DNA of 64,000 bases from NCBI RefSeq assembly GCF_006345805.1, contig NW_021833271.1:28426-92425 (forward strand), written 5' to 3'. Each line of letters starts with the position of its first letter. Within the stretch, counting starts at the first letter, position 1. The DNA is from Octopus sinensis (Eukaryota). The translations under genes and the position numbers were made by a program. The notes below the pieces were generated by a model. That model worked only from the letters and a program-made list of their open reading frames with translations. It ran no database searches and was not told the origin of the DNA. Shown in pieces: positions 36,128 through 49,873 of this stretch.

Positions 36128-36714
36128 GTAAGTATATAACATTCTTATTTGTTGTTTATTTGAAAGTAGATAGAAAATTTCTATCAGTTGAACCCAAGTT
36201 GTAGGAAGGTAATACAAAATCATATATAGTTCACATGTTAGTTGGCTCTTCTATCTGCCTTTTCCAATTAGTATAATAGAATCTTTGTTAAGGTGACAGT
36301 AAATCAAAACCTTATACGTGTAAAGTTTTGCAAGTGAATCCTTATGCAAATAAAATACTATTGAAATTGTGAGGAAATGAAGTTTAAAAGTATAAATTGT
36401 TTGATTATTTACTAAATGCAACTGTAGATACTATAGATTTATATATTATAGATTAAATGATTATATTATAACTAACATTCCAAAAGACTGGGAGAATATC
36501 TAATTAATCTAGCTAATGGCCTTCCTTTTTGTAAGGAAAATATTTTGTTGAGTGTATATATATATATATATTCAGTAATGAATTAAAAGCAACTCTAATG
36601 TTGTAAACATTATTGGTTGCACATATTCCATGTTTGTGTTTTGTTTGTTTGCCAGAGTCACTGCAGCATAGCACTTGGGGATGACTCCCTCATAGCACTG
36701 GTTGCTAAAACACC

Positions 36715-37660
36715 TAAAGGTCATACACTGAGTCTTCTTCCATATTGGTTTTGGCCTGTAGCCTCCGCAGATTAAAGAGTCTGCCATCGGTAGTGAATAT
36801 GATCTTGATGCTGGTTTTATCATCATTGCAGAAGCATCCAACAGCATGGCTGAGTACGTCTTGCTGAATAGCATAGGTGCAAGTACACAGCCCTTCTTGA
36901 CTTCATGAGTGACTGGGAATGTGTCAGAGGAAGAATCTCCTTGATCCAGTACTTGAGAAAGCATGTTGTTGTGAAACTGACACACCATACTGGTGAATTT
37001 GTCCAGGCAGCCGAATCACTGTAGGTGAGGAGAGGTATTAGGCTGGTCACCAAGGTAAAGGTGTATGAAGCAGCTTTACTGCCTATGTTATTGTATGCCT
37101 GTGAGATTTGTATGGTTTAGATATGTCACACCGAAAAGCTAAATTGCTTTGATATCACTGCCCCCAAAAATTGTTGGAAATCACCTAGTTAGACAAGTCA
37201 AAAGTTGAGACCCATCTTGTTCAAATGCCTGACATGCAACTCCCTCAGAGATTGGTTTACAGTGAACTGATGGAAGGCAAGTGCATGCAAGGTGAACAGA
37301 AAAAGTGCTTCAAGGATACACTCTAAGCCTCACTGAAGAGCTTTCAGATCAACACTGGTACCTGGGAAATACAAGCTCAAGACTGCCCTGCCTGACTACA
37401 CCAAGAGAAGTACTACCTCCTACAAACAACAGGATTGTGAGGACATGGTGAAAATGCATACAATGCAGAGCCAACTCTTTACTTTCAGCCCCAGCAGACT
37501 ACCAGTGCCCAATTTGTGGAAGAGCCTTCTGAGCATGCATCAGACTGAATGGCCACAACCAAACACTGTGATCCATCTTCTAGTCTCACGAGATACCCTT
37601 GGTCATTGTCAACAATGGTGGATTAGTTGTATATGTATATCATTATCATCATCATCATCA
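36715..37660. mobile_element. BovB-like RTE fragment with an internal inversion at ~37020
   Basis: Minus strand 36715-37020: LPDKFTSMVCQFHNNMLSQV...FPVTHEVKKGCVLAPMLFS. Plus strand from ~37021: RRGIRLVTKVKVYEAALLPMLLYACE...MPDMQLPQRLVYSELMEGKC..GEQKKCFKDTL. Confidence 0.8.
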
Positions 37661-37744
37661 CCATCTCAGTTGTGGTTGAAGATTGGACATCTGGTCATTG
37701 GTGTCTGACATTAAGAAAAAGACAATTTCATTCACAATCCTCAG

Positions 37745-38300
37745 AGGTGTAAATAATCGTATTTTGCAAATTAGAAGGCCTGATTTAGTAGTAGTAGATA
37801 AAGAGAATAGAAAGTGCTAGATAATTGACTTTACAGTTCCAAATGATGAAAAAATCAATATGAGAAGTATAGAAAAACAGCAAATTATTAGAACCTAGCC
37901 ATTGAATTACAGAGACTATGGAAAGTGCTGGTAAAATGTATTCCAGTACTTATAGGTGCATTAGGAAATATCTCTAAATATTTGAAAAGATGAATAGAGG
38001 AAATAGGTATAAAACCCAGTTTAGTACAGTTGCAGAAAACAGTATTATTAGGGACAGCTAGGATACTTAGAAGGGTTCTTGGCATCTAAGGTTACGTGTT
38101 GTAGCCCAATGTTAGGATTTTTTCTTTTCCAACAGTCTAATGTGTTGTGTGTATATGAATAATGATAATGGTGATAATGAAGTATTCAAAGTGTGGGGCA
38201 TGAAGGTAAAAATAATACTAATAATAACTGGAGCATTGGGCATGATAAAAAAACATATGAACAAAAGCGTAGAAGCTATACCTGGATCCTCAACACTACA
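37745..38300 (+). mobile_element. R4/Dong-like LINE 3' fragments (restriction-like endonuclease)
   Basis: RRPDLVVVDKENRKC*IIDFTVPND...LAIELQRLWK...IPVLIGALG...LQKTVLLGTARILRRVLGI*. A second piece reads VWGMKVKIILIITGALGMIKK. Confidence 0.85.
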
Positions 38301-39399
38301 CACTTTTTTATTTTATTTTATTTTATTTTATTTTATTTTATCTTATTTTATAATTATTTTGTGAATTTAATAGGACTTCATCAGCAAAAGGTAAGTTTTG
38401 TTTTTAAGAAATTTGCATGAGGAAAAGATGAATTTAGTTAGACAGACAAATTATTAAGAGACCATGTTGCAAAAAAGTAAGATATTAAGTGGTCAACCAT
38501 CAAGAACAATTCGTTCTACATAAATGCAGCCATAGGTACTCATAATCAGTTCAGGTAAAGGTTTTGGAGAAAAGTTCCTAACATAAAAGCAGAGCCTAGA
38601 ATGAAAGGGCCTAAAGGTTACTTTGGCAAAAATGAAATTTTTAGCTTGCAGAAAATAAAAAAAAACACTATTCCAAACTGGATGTAGCCACACTCATTAT
38701 GTAGAAAGGGAGCCAGTAAACACTCTATACTATATAACCAATGTAAACAATAAGTACACAAAAAGTACAAGACAGGCTTATAGAGAAAGGGATTTCATTC
38801 ATAAAAGCACTCCCAAGAAATAAAGGAAATTTCTCAAGTTTGATAATAGTTGGTATCTTCCATAACTTAACTGTCTTAATCAGCATTAGAAATGAGTGTT
38901 GTGAAAGCATAATAGGTGGAGTAAGGATAGGTTATAAAAGTCCAGGGAGCAACTGCCTTTGTTGACAACAGAGAGGTTCTCTCTGTGGATGCTAAATGTC
39001 CGGAAAGAAATGCATCAGGTATATTCCAGTTGTATAGACAACATGCATAACATCATCATCATCGTTGTCGTTTAACATCCACTTTCCATGCTGGCAAGGG
39101 TAGGACAGTTTGATAGGAGCTGGCGAGGCAGAATCCTGCACCAGACTTCTTTTACTGTTTGGGCAGGATTTTTACAGCTGGATGCCCTTCCTAACACCAA
39201 CCACTCACCAGAGTGGGCTTAGTGATTTTTACATGGCACAAGCACAGGCAAGGTCAGTTTTGGAAAGGTTTGGATGCCCTTAGAAATGCTAACCATTTTT
39301 CGGTGTAGACTGGATGCTTTTTAAGTGGCCAAGAGGACAGGATTTGGAAGTGGAAGGTAAGCATAGTGTATGAAGTGGAAATGCAAGGAAGAGACATAA

Positions 39400-39437
39400 G
39401 TTATACATAAGTTATTGTACAATAACTTATGTATAAC
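39400..39437. repeat. Perfect 38-bp palindrome
   Basis: gttatacataagttattgt|acaataacttatgtataac is self-complementary with no loop. Confidence 0.95.
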
Positions 39438-39996
39438 ATAAAACTCGCTTTAAAGTGTACCTTCCTTCTGGATTTCATAAACAATATATTGACAGAACTC
39501 CATCAATATAACAAAGTTTAATATTAATTCTATTCAATCTCTTGTAACATAAAGAAAAAGCCTATCAAAACACTAAGATATACTTTGACCTAATTTAATA
39601 TATATATATAAAACTCCCAATTTCCTCCTGGAACTGATGTTAATTAGCCGGCAGCCTAAAGATAAACTTTATAGATTTCAACGTATCCCTCATCACTTCC
39701 CTTTATATCTTAAACAGGAAAGAATAAGGAAATAAACTTGCCATGAAAAAATAAATAAACTCAGTTTGCTTCAAACTACACTTGTTGAAAGACCCTGAAT
39801 GAAGGTGCACAGCAGATTATGCTGGGTTGCATGTGCATTTGTACATACTCTGTGGAGCAGAAACCTGTTGGTCATTTTAACCAACTAATTATGGATGACC
39901 AACTGTAAAATGAAAAGAAAAATTTGATGATGTACCAGTCTCTGTATTTCTTGTAATTGTTTGAAATTTACACTCCTAATAATATTCATGATCCAG

Positions 39997-40052
39997 AGGA
40001 ATGAATCCAGAGTCACCCATCAAAAGAATCAAAGCAAGATTGCTCATACTAA
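39997..40052 (+). CDS. Possible 56-nt cytoplasmic exon of the IgSF receptor
   Basis: CAG acceptor with a weak pyrimidine tract; A|GTGAG donor; open frame (E)GMNPESPIKRIKARLLIL. Phase 2 to 1 would restore the frame between the 19-nt microexon and exon 56170. Confidence 0.3.
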
Positions 40053-40499
40053 GTGAGCATTGATGCTTATTACTACTTTATTCAATTAGCCATAACCTGA
40101 AATATACCTGGGAGCTATTACAGTACCCACCTGGATAATTTATCCCTGTATACTCACCTTACGCACTTTCGGTCACACACACACACACACAAATGTCTAT
40201 AGAAAACAGATGTTAAATGATGGTGATGATGATGTTTCTTTATCATCATCATCATCATCATAATCATTTAGCATTTGTTTTCCATATGTACATATGTCAT
40301 GATTCAGTTTTATTTCAAGATTTCTTGCCAGTAGAGATAGAGTTGATTTCTAACCTAGATCATTATATTAGGTTTGTTGTGCTTACGTTTTATTGAGATT
40401 TTCACTGGAACATTCCACCAGTACTCTTTTTTTTATTATGAGTGACTTTGACTTCTTCCATACAGTGAGTTTTTATTTCTTTGTCCTTGGGGTTATCCT

Positions 40500-40785
40500 T
40501 CTGACAGGTTACATATTAGAGAATATCCTAGCTACAACATCATATCTTATCGGAAGATAATATTGGGATAATATTTTCGGACAACTGCTTATGATGTGGG
40601 TGATGTCTTTGGTGTCAACTCCACAAGGTCTGCATGGTTTGTCACATTTCACTGCTTTTCCCGCATCTCTATCCATTTTGTGCATCAGGTATTCGTTGAT
40701 GTTTCCTGTTCCAGGATTGCAAACGCATCCCCTTCAAAGTGGAAGGTCATAACCCGGCTGTTGGTCAATGATAGACTGCTTTGAT
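40500..40785 (-). mobile_element. R4/Dong-like LINE fragment (CCHC knuckle)
   Basis: Minus strand PCRPCGVDTKDITHIISSCPKILSQYYLPIRYDVVARIF, i.e. CxxC-x8-H-x4-C. Confidence 0.65.
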
Positions 40786-42419
40786 GATCAATGTTACTAT
40801 CATCTCAGAGCTTTCTACTAACATATACATGCATAGTTTTCTGCTCATATATGCTCATCTTTGCATGTATGCATGTATATGTGTCTGTATACAAGTGATA
40901 TAGTATATATGTGTCATTATGAAATAGAATTGAAAGTATTTTAGAAAGCCAACACTGATCTAGCTTGTTATAAAAGAGTTTAAACAAAAGCAAACTCAAA
41001 AGATTTCAGCTTTTGCCTTATATTTCAATATTTCAGTCTTAAAAAGCCTTTGTCAAGGTATTTGTAAAGACCAAAGCTAAACTCAATCAATTTCTCTTTA
41101 TAAAGCTTAACTATTGAAATACAAGATATTTCTTAGTGGAAATATAAGGAAGATGCTTAATGTTTGAGGATCTATTCCTTATTTTACTACATATACTGTT
41201 TTTACATATTTCATTCCATACATAGGCAGCCTTGGCACTGATTGGTAGGGCTGATTCATAAATTGATAGGTTCCTGCAGGTAGCTTTCCCATGAAAGAAA
41301 GAATTAATACACCATTCTTCCTATGACTTCAAATCAGAAATAGATGGAGCTACACACACACACACACACACATATTTATATAAAGAAAGAAGAGAGAGTG
41401 GGGAGAGCTGGTATTATCAGGATGTTTCATTTCAAAGTCTGTATTTCTTTATACAGTTGAACAAGATATATGTTTTCCTTTTCATGAGAAGTCAACATGA
41501 GTTATCTACAAATCTGGCTAAGAAAGTTCAAGAGTGACTGGAGCTAAGTGCTCTAACACTTTCTTATATGTAATGGTTAGGATTTTACGTAGTATTTATG
41601 ATTAACATAATTTTGGTATGGTTTTTAAGGAGTTCATTCCTTTCAAATCACTAACTACTTTATATCATAGTGTATACTATCATGTCAGTGACACTAGAAA
41701 GCTGGCCTTTCTGGTTTCTTCTACACTGTAACACTTTTTACTGCTCTCCTAGTAAAGTTGTTGTTGTTCCAGCTTGCAAATTTCTTGCCTCTTACATGTC
41801 TAGTCTAGAAATCTTTTCATTAAATGTTAGGTTTGTTCATGTTTCCCACTTTGTAGATGGATCTCCTTCTATGACTTCCACCATTTACCTAGCATCGTTA
41901 TCAAAGTATTTATTTATCTAGCTTATGTGCCACACTATGAGACTGAACCCAAGACCATGTGGTTGAGAAGCAATCTTCTCAGCCACACAGCCATCACTGG
42001 GCCTTAATCACACTTGTGCTCTGTGTCATCATATATGATATATATAGATAATTATTTTGAATTAAACATAAATTATTTCCTCTTTTCTATGACATATTTA
42101 ATTATAGATTCCGCTTTCTTATTGTTAATACATTAAAGAATAATCCAAAAACTAAATCTATGTATGTGTGGATACTGTTTTCTGTTTTTGGTTGGGGTTG
42201 TAGCATTGATAGGTGCATGGCAGTTGTGATCATTCATGTCTATGATGATGTTTTTGATTGACAGTATTCAAAGAGGAATCAGATTAAAAAATTTAAAGAA
42301 AACAAAATGATTGTATGGAAATCATATATTCTATTGGTTAAAATAATTACAGTAATTTAGTGCTATGGACATGCTCTTCTTGTGAACTAATCTGTTACCA
42401 TGACCATTTCTGCAACCGA

Positions 42420-42535
42420 AACTACCACCATTACTACTACCACTGCTACTCCTCTTCTTACTACTACTACTTCTACCATCAATACTACTACTACCAGTAC
42501 CTCCACTACCTCTATTACTACTACTGCTGCTGCTG

Positions 42536-42592
<57 letters not shown>

Positions 42593-42646
42593 TCAATACT
42601 ACTACTACCAGTACCTCCACTACCTCTATTACTACTACTGCTGCTG

Positions 42647-42687
<41 letters not shown>
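42420..42687. repeat. (CTA)n-rich microsatellite with an internal ~115-bp duplication
   Basis: ctactactacttctaccatcaatactactactaccagtacctccactacctctattactactactgctgctgct occurs twice. Confidence 0.9.
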
Positions 42688-42688
<1 letters not shown>

Positions 42689-42704
42689 AAAAAAAAGAAC
42701 ATTA

Positions 42705-43520
42705 GTAATTTTCAAATTTTGGCACAAGGCCAGCATTTTTAAGGGGAGGAAAAAAAGTAAATTACATTCACCCCTATAATTGGTACTTGTTCAAACTTAA
42801 AGCAATGAAAAGCAAAGTTGATTCAGGCAAGATTTGAACTCAGAACATAAAGTATGAACAGAAGTATCACTGATCATTTTTTCCATGTTCTTATAATCCT
42901 GCTCTTAATGATAATAGTTTCAACTTTTAGTACTTTTAGTGGGCAGGGCAAGTTGATTACATTATCCCACTACTAAATTAGTATTTTATATTATTGACAC
43001 CAAAAAGATGAAAGGCAAAGCTGAGTTCAGTGGTATTTGAATTCAGAATGTAGAGCCAGAAGAAATACCACAAAGCTTCTTGTCCAACACAGCAATGATC
43101 CTGCCAGCACATGCCCTTATAATAATAAGGTTAAATGTCTCAAATTTAAAAATAAGGCCAGCAATATTTAGGGGGGAGGATAAATCAATTATATCGACCC
43201 CAGTGTTCAACTAATACTTATTTTATCAAGCCTTCTCCCCTCCCTCTAAGGATCAAAGGTAGACAATCTTCACAGAATTTTAACACAACATAAAGATGAA
43301 GAAAATGCTGCGAAGCATTTTTTCTAGCATACTAATGATTTTTGTCACCTCACTACATTAATAATAATTATAATAATTATTATTATTATTGTTGTTGTTA
43401 TAATGTCTATCAAATTTTGCACAAGGGCAACAATTTTTGGATTGAGGGGATGAGTCAAGTTGACTTCAGTGGGATTAGAACTCAGAATATAAAGAATTGG
43501 AAGCAATACCAAAAAGAATT
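42705..43520 (-). mobile_element. Head-to-tail cluster of about 4 decayed Nin/Deu-type SINE copies
   Basis: The block ggcacaaggccagca...gatgaaaggcaaag...tttgaactcagaa repeats at ~42720, ~42930, ~43150 and ~43420. Confidence 0.65.
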
Positions 43521-44029
43521 TAGTTGTATAGTTTCTTTTTTGTTTATGAAACATGTGTAAGCTGGTACGAATTAAATAGTTTATACACAAACTTTCTTGT
43601 TTTGTCATGTGTATATATTCTGTGACATACCCAACTGTGGATTCCTAACAATGCATGGTTAATAATGTAACTTCTTGTGGTCTCCCATTAGATACACACA
43701 TGGCACAAAACTACCTCCCTCAATACTACTCCCTCCTCTGTTGGGGGCTTTTGTCTTGTAAATTACTTTGTGATCTCACCAGTGCTGCTGTCACATAAAA
43801 GGCACCTAGTACAGTGTGTAAAGTGGTGAGCATTAAGAAAAGCATCCAGCTGTAGAAGCCATGCCAAAACAGACAGTTGAACTTGGCACAGTCTTCTAAC
43901 TTACCAGCTTCTAACAAAGCATGTAACCATTGAAAACAGACTTTAAATGATGAAGTGATGACATAACTATATATATATGCATACATACATATATATCTAT
44001 ATATTTAGCGAAAGAGACAGAGAGAGAGA

Positions 44030-45830
44030 GAGGGAGTTGAGTGAAGGAGAAAAGGAGTAGATCCAACTTACGGAGTGCAAATGACAGAGAAAATTAAAGG
44101 GGAGGATATAAGTCTAACAGCTGTTTCTGGGAGAATGTTGCTAGATGTATTCATCACAGTACGTAGGCCATAATGGAAGGCAATCAGAATTGGATAAATT
44201 GAGCTGCCATCAAGTTCAAAGGTGGACAGATTAAATGTGGAGAGCAAGCACTATTAGAGGAAGGAGGTAGGAAGGAGTTATGGCGAGTGTTAAGACAGAA
44301 TGGTGAGAGGAAATAAATAAACTAGTTCAGAAAGAGAGTGAGGGGGGGCGCCTTAAGAATGGGAGTATTAAGGAAGTGGTAGTCGATGTGGAGTGTTTAG
44401 AGATGAGTGGGAGGGATGCAATGGGTAGTAATTGAAGGGTAGTCAATTATTGGGTTTGTGTATAGTGTTGAGATAGTGAGAAAAGGGATGACAATTATTT
44501 GAGGGAGGGAAAGACTCTAATTAGGCAGTAGAGGGAGATTACTAAAGTATGAACAGAGATATGAGATAAGATAAATGGAGGTGCATAGAGTGGGGAGTTA
44601 GTCGGTGATCAGAGTAGCTGTGGTTAGTACTATAATGAAGGTGGATTGGTGGTGGAGGGGGAGTACTGAGGTTTGAAAAGGTGTATGAAATTGGGTAGAG
44701 GGGTGGATGTTGATTGTTTAGTAGCTAATTGATTGTGGTAGTTGCAAGTGCTCTTGGTTGAAGATGAGAAATGAGATAATGGGGAAAGAATACAATTTGT
44801 GAGGGAGGTGGTATGTTGTGGGTAAGAAGAATTTTCAAAGGTAATCATGAGAAGGATGGTATTACTGGAGAAGATGCGTTGCTTCGCTAACCTTGTTGCA
44901 CCCCAAGGTTAATTATAATTAATGATAATCATTGTTATGAGATTACATAGATTTAATAAAATGAGTAAATGATGAGTAGAACCTGTGTTTACAAGAGAGT
45001 ATTACATCTGAGAATCTATTAAGTAATCAGGGATTGTGGTTGCAAAGGATGATTAGATAATCCCTTACAAATACCAAGGTTTGAGCTGAACGAGGGAGCC
45101 TCCTTATGATGGATCGGGATAGAGTAGTTTTGGGATTTGTGGTTATGTATTTAAGTTGCTAAGGTGGTAGAATATTTAGAATTTGGATTGGAGAAAGAGT
45201 CCATTTGTGCTCAGTAGCAGTGCTTGAAATCGACATTCTGTCGTTATAGACCCTTACTTGATGGGAGCATAGTATTATTACTCTGCACTTGTAGACTACA
45301 ATTTTGCATTGACAGAAACCTCCAAGAGGGCTGAATTGAAACACCTAATAATTGCAAGTTTTCCTACTTGCTCTGTTGTTTTCCTACCTACTCTGTGGTC
45401 TTCCTACCTGCTCTAGGAAAGAAATGTGCAATTTTTGCCTTAAGTTTAGTGTTGGAGATATAAGAGTTCTTTTTACAGAAACCACTTATCTGCTGAGCTT
45501 GGTTATAGTGTGGGGCATGATTATTAAAAATATCTTTGTTAGTAGATAAGCTGGAGATTCTGATAAAAATGTCTGTGACTATTCTATTAGGAGTAAGTTT
45601 AGGGTAATTTGATAGGATGTAGATATATTGTAATGATTGATAGGGTTTCTAGAAAGTGTGATATAGATTTAAGATGTTTCCAGTGTGTGTCATTTTCGAA
45701 TGAGATACCTAGGTTATGATTTTTAAAAATCCTGTGGAATTGATTCCCTGTAAAGATATCCGAGTCTAGGTTTGGATCATTTGAGCACTACTGAGTGTCT
45801 TCTACACTGAAAATCTCTGGACCTCATCTT
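44030..45830 (-). mobile_element. Highly decayed Penelope-like element
   Basis: Minus strand GGFCQCKIVVYKCRV (GIY-YIG-like VY motif) near 45290-45330. A degenerate hammerhead GTGATGA...GAAAC-AGCT-GTT lies at 44115-44157. Confidence 0.5.
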
Positions 45831-45865
45831 CTGGCTATATAATATATATATATCGTGTAAACATA

Positions 45866-47123
45866 CAGGGGTTGGACAAAATAATGGAAAGTTCTTAAAA
45901 TTTCAAACAAATTTATTTTAATATGGGGTAGGACTGCCTGTAGCAGTAATTACAGCTTGAATTCTACAAGGTATGAACTTGTACAAAGTTTGAGTTGTTT
46001 CCAAAAGAATTTTTGTCCATTCTTCAGCTAAAAGAGTCCCCAATTCTTGCAGTGATGATGGTGGAGGATATTGACTCCTTTTCCTGTTTTCCTAAAATGC
46101 ACCACAAATGTTCAATAATATTGAGATCTGGAGGCTGTGGTGGCAAGATAAGATGTTCAACTTCTCTAGAATGTTTCTCATGCCATTCAGTAACAACTTT
46201 AGCTGCTCTATGAATTGGTGCATTATCATCCTGAAAGATTGCATTTCCCTTCAGAAACAGTTCTGCAATCATAGGATGAATTTGATCAGATAAAATGCTT
46301 AAATAGTCTGCCATGAAGGGAAATCATTGGGCTGGCAGATTTCCAAGATATAGCCCTCACCTCCCAGATCATCATAGATCCTCCTCCATGTTTAACAGTT
46401 GGAAGAAGGTAGTCTGGGTCAAATGCTTGTTTTGGATGTCTCCACATGTATACTCGGCCACTGGTCAGAAATATGGTAAAAGATGACTTGTCCAAGAAAA
46501 TGATATTCTTCCACTGCTCTAGGGATCAGTTTTGTAGGTTTTACCCCACTCTAAATGCTTTGCAAAGTTGGTTTTTGAAAGTAGTGGTTTTCTGATTGCA
46601 GCCCTCCCATGAAATCCAGCTTTGTGCAACTCCCAGCAATCAGTTTTATGGAAACTGGGTTCTTGAGATGGTTATTAAGCTCTACAGTTATTTTGGGAGC
46701 TGTACTTTTGTGATCCTTTCTAACAATTTGCGTAAGAGTCCAACAGTCCTTATCTGAAGGTTTTGGTTTTCTTCCAGAGTTTTGTTTTGACTAGAAGGTT
46801 TTTCCCACTTCCTCAAAGGCTGTTATTACTTTTGAGACAGGACTTCATGATGCACCAAACACTTCAGCTGTTTTCATTACGCTAGCGCCTGCTATACGCA
46901 TACCACAATTTGACCTCTTTGAAAGTCCAATAGATCTGTCATTTTAATGAATTTCAATTAACTTTTTCTGTTGATATCTGAAAAGAAACAGCAATTTTAG
47001 CAAAACATATTAAGCAACACTAATAATAAATCAAAAAACATAAACATAAACAAACGTTTGACGGTTTTATAGATATTTGAAAATTATGATGCTACGTGTT
47101 TCCATTCTTTTGTCCAACCCCTC
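45866..47123 (-). mobile_element. Tc1 (DD34E) transposon, decayed
   Basis: TA-flanked TIRs caggggttggacaaaataatggaaa / tttccattcttttgtccaacccctc. Motifs FLDKSSF, TVKHGGGSMMIW, FQDDNAPIH and PPQPPDLNIIEHLW. Confidence 0.93.
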
Positions 47124-47149
47124 TAGATCTTCAGATAGCTGTTCCTGAA

Positions 47150-47525
47150 CAATGGGTGCCCAGAAAAAGGACTAGTATATAAGACCAATAACATGGGTTT
47201 GAACAGTAACAAATACATATATTGGAATGATAGGGAACACCTTCAAATAACACCTTTGTTCAGAGCCAAAAACAAAAAACACACAATAATCCTAGCCAAT
47301 AAAGTATAGAGACTGAAAAAGAGAGGTGTGAGCAACATCCAGATAACCTGGAGTATTATTGCTGAGGCCAACAAGTACAGAGGACGGGGCAGGAAATGCA
47401 AGCTTTACATCACTGAAAAATTAAATATTATCACAGCAAAAGTGAATATTTTAAATATTAGGGATGACACCTTCTTCCCTTGCATGCATAAGCAGCATTT
47501 CACACTCTGAAATTTCAAGCAAATA
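47150..47525 (+). mobile_element. Penelope GIY-YIG fragment
   Basis: GLVYKT..., ITWSIIAEANKYRGRGRKCKLYITEKLNII...FFPCMHKQHFTL parallels LEWSILSVALPFDRGRRKCNLCVSE...RCPH at 52060-52243. Confidence 0.75.
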
Positions 47526-48351
47526 TCCCCACCTACTCTGTCTCCCGTGCAACCTGGATAAATTTTCATTCCAAACATCAGTTATACGCATTATATGAAC
47601 TTCATGCATGAAAAAACACATGACCTCATAAACGTATGCTGCGCTCCTCTCACAGATATATATGGGTCTCACACATATCCATGACATTACAAGTTATATA
47701 CAAACTTATGAACCCATAACACCATAAGTATCACATGAATTATGTGAAAGATATGTGAAACCTCACAATAATGAGTACACACCCAAACAGACATACTACA
47801 GATCGAGAGTTTGCACCCGCTGACGGCTGCAGCAAAATTCAATTTTGGACTTTCTTCTATCGAAGGCATTCTAACAAAAATGCTTCCGTATAAATGGTGA
47901 AAATATTGTCAGTTTTTGTTTCACTTTTAACACGTAATACTGAAATAGTGGAGAAGATATGATATTGCTATGGGCTCGCCTTAAACAAGAAGTCGAACGT
48001 TTTTTTGATCATGAAAGTACATGGACCCTAAGTAAGGCATGTGTGAAGTTTGAATGAAATTGGTTGTGTAGTTCTCAAGTTTTAGGGGAACACACAGACA
48101 GACACATTCTTTTCTTAAAGGTACTGAAGATAATTATGTGACTATTTCAGATGAAGCTCTCAGTAAGTATAATTAACACCAAATAACAAATAATTTTGTA
48201 TTGGTTTCAATGTTTGGCACAAGGCCAGCAATTTTTTGGGAGGGAGAAATCAATTTCATCAACCCCATTGCTCAATTTGTACTTACTTTTTGTGTGTGTG
48301 TGTGTGTGTGTATATATGTATATGTATGTGTATATATATATATATATATAT

Positions 48352-49252
48352 ATCATCATCATCATTTAGCATCCGGTTTCCATGGTGGCATGGGTTGGAC
48401 GGTGCAGCTGGGGTCTGGGAAGCCAGAAGGCTGCACCAGGCCCAGTCTGATCTGGCAATGTTTCTAAAGCTGGATGCCCTTCCTAACGCCTACCACTCCA
48501 TGAGTGTAGTGGGTGATTTTTACGTGCCACCAGCACAGGTGCCAGACGAGGCTGGCAAACGGCCACAAGTGGATGGTGCTTTTTACGTGCCACCGGCATG
48601 GAAGCCAGTCAGGGTGACGCTGGGAACGGCCACGTTCGGATGGTTCTCTTATGTGCCACTGGCACTGGTATCACAGCTACAATTTCCATTGATGTTGATC
48701 GATTTTGATTTTGATTTTGATTTTGATTTTGATTTTCACTTGCCTCTACAGGTCTTCACGAGTAAAGTTTTGTGTCCCAAGAAGGAAAAGTATGCATAAG
48801 TGGACTGAGGCCATGGGTTGTGGACTCACTTGTCCTGCCGGGTCTTCTCACGCACCGCATACTTCCAGAGGTCTCGGTCTCTAGTCATTTCCTCAGTGAG
48901 ACCTAAAATTCGAAGGTCATGCTTCACCACCTCATCCCAGGTTTTCCTGGGTCTACCTCTTCCACAGGTTCCCTCAACAGCTAGGGTGTGGCACTTTTTC
49001 ACACAACTATCTTCATCCATTCTCACCTCATAACCATACCAGCGCAAACGTCTCTCTTGCACACCACAACTGATGCTTCTTAGGTCCAACTTTTCTCTCA
49101 AGGTACTTACACTCCGTCAAGTATGCACAATGACATTACACATCCATCGGAGCATACTGGCTTCATTTCTTGCGAGCTTACGCATATCCTCAGCAGTCAC
49201 GGCCCATGTTTCACTGCCATGTAGCATGGCTGTTCGTACACATGCATCATAC
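48352..49252 (-). mobile_element. RTE LINE 3' fragment, close to the 11527-14213 copy
   Basis: REKLDLRSISCGVQERRLRWYG...KTWDEVVKHDLR..REKTRQDK, plus the 3' UTR and (GAT)n tail. Confidence 0.93.
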
Positions 49253-49280
49253 AATATATATATATATATATATATATATA

Positions 49281-49628
49281 GTGGAGGTGCAATAGCCCAG
49301 TGGTTAGGGCAGCATACTTGCAGTCATGGGATTGCAGTTTCAATTCCCAGATCAGGCTTTATGAGTGTTTATTGAATGAAAACACCTAAAGCTCCATTAG
49401 GCTCCAGCAGGGGGGGAGGGGCAACCCTGCTGTACTCTTTCAACACAACTTTCTCTCACTCTTACTTCCTGTTTCTGTCGCACTGAATCTCCCCGAGAAC
49501 TACATTAAGGGTACACATGTCTGTGGAGTGCTCAGCAGCCTCTTGCACGTTAATTTCATGAGCCAGCTGTTCCATTGATCAGATCAGCTGGAACCCTCGT
49601 TGTTGTAACTGACAGAGTACCACCACCA
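49281..49628 (+). mobile_element. tRNA-derived SINE
   Basis: Head ggaggtgcaatagcccagtggttagggcagc...gcagtttcaattcccaga (A/B boxes). The 3' end matches the 19265 copy. Flanked by (TA)n. Confidence 0.75.
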
Positions 49629-49800
49629 TATATATATATACATATATATATATATTATATATATACGCACACAATTTGACCAAAAGTCACCCAAAAGTAA
49701 ATCAAATTTCCATAAATACTATCTGTAATTCTGTATTGGCTCAAATGGAAAAATGTGTCTCTCAAGAAGGACTTCATGTGTGTGTGTGCATGTATATGTG

Positions 49801-49873
<73 letters not shown>

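Noticed and set aside
39400-39437. loxP-like recombination site (ataacttatgtata resembles ATAACTTCGTATA)
   Set aside because: The arms face the opposite way to loxP, the centre is symmetric, and there is no recombinase context. The similarity is superficial and AT-rich.
42108-42160. Candidate cytoplasmic exon (tatAG ... AT|GTATGT; FRFLIVNTLKNNPKTKS)
   Set aside because: The acceptor is weak and the peptide has no motif or paralog support. It cannot be told from chance without RNA data.
42331-42705. Poly-Thr mucin-like, poly-Ser and poly-Tyr ORFs
   Set aside because: These are translations of a (CTA)n microsatellite with no splice signals. The segment also lies after the TM exon, so it cannot be a mucin stalk.
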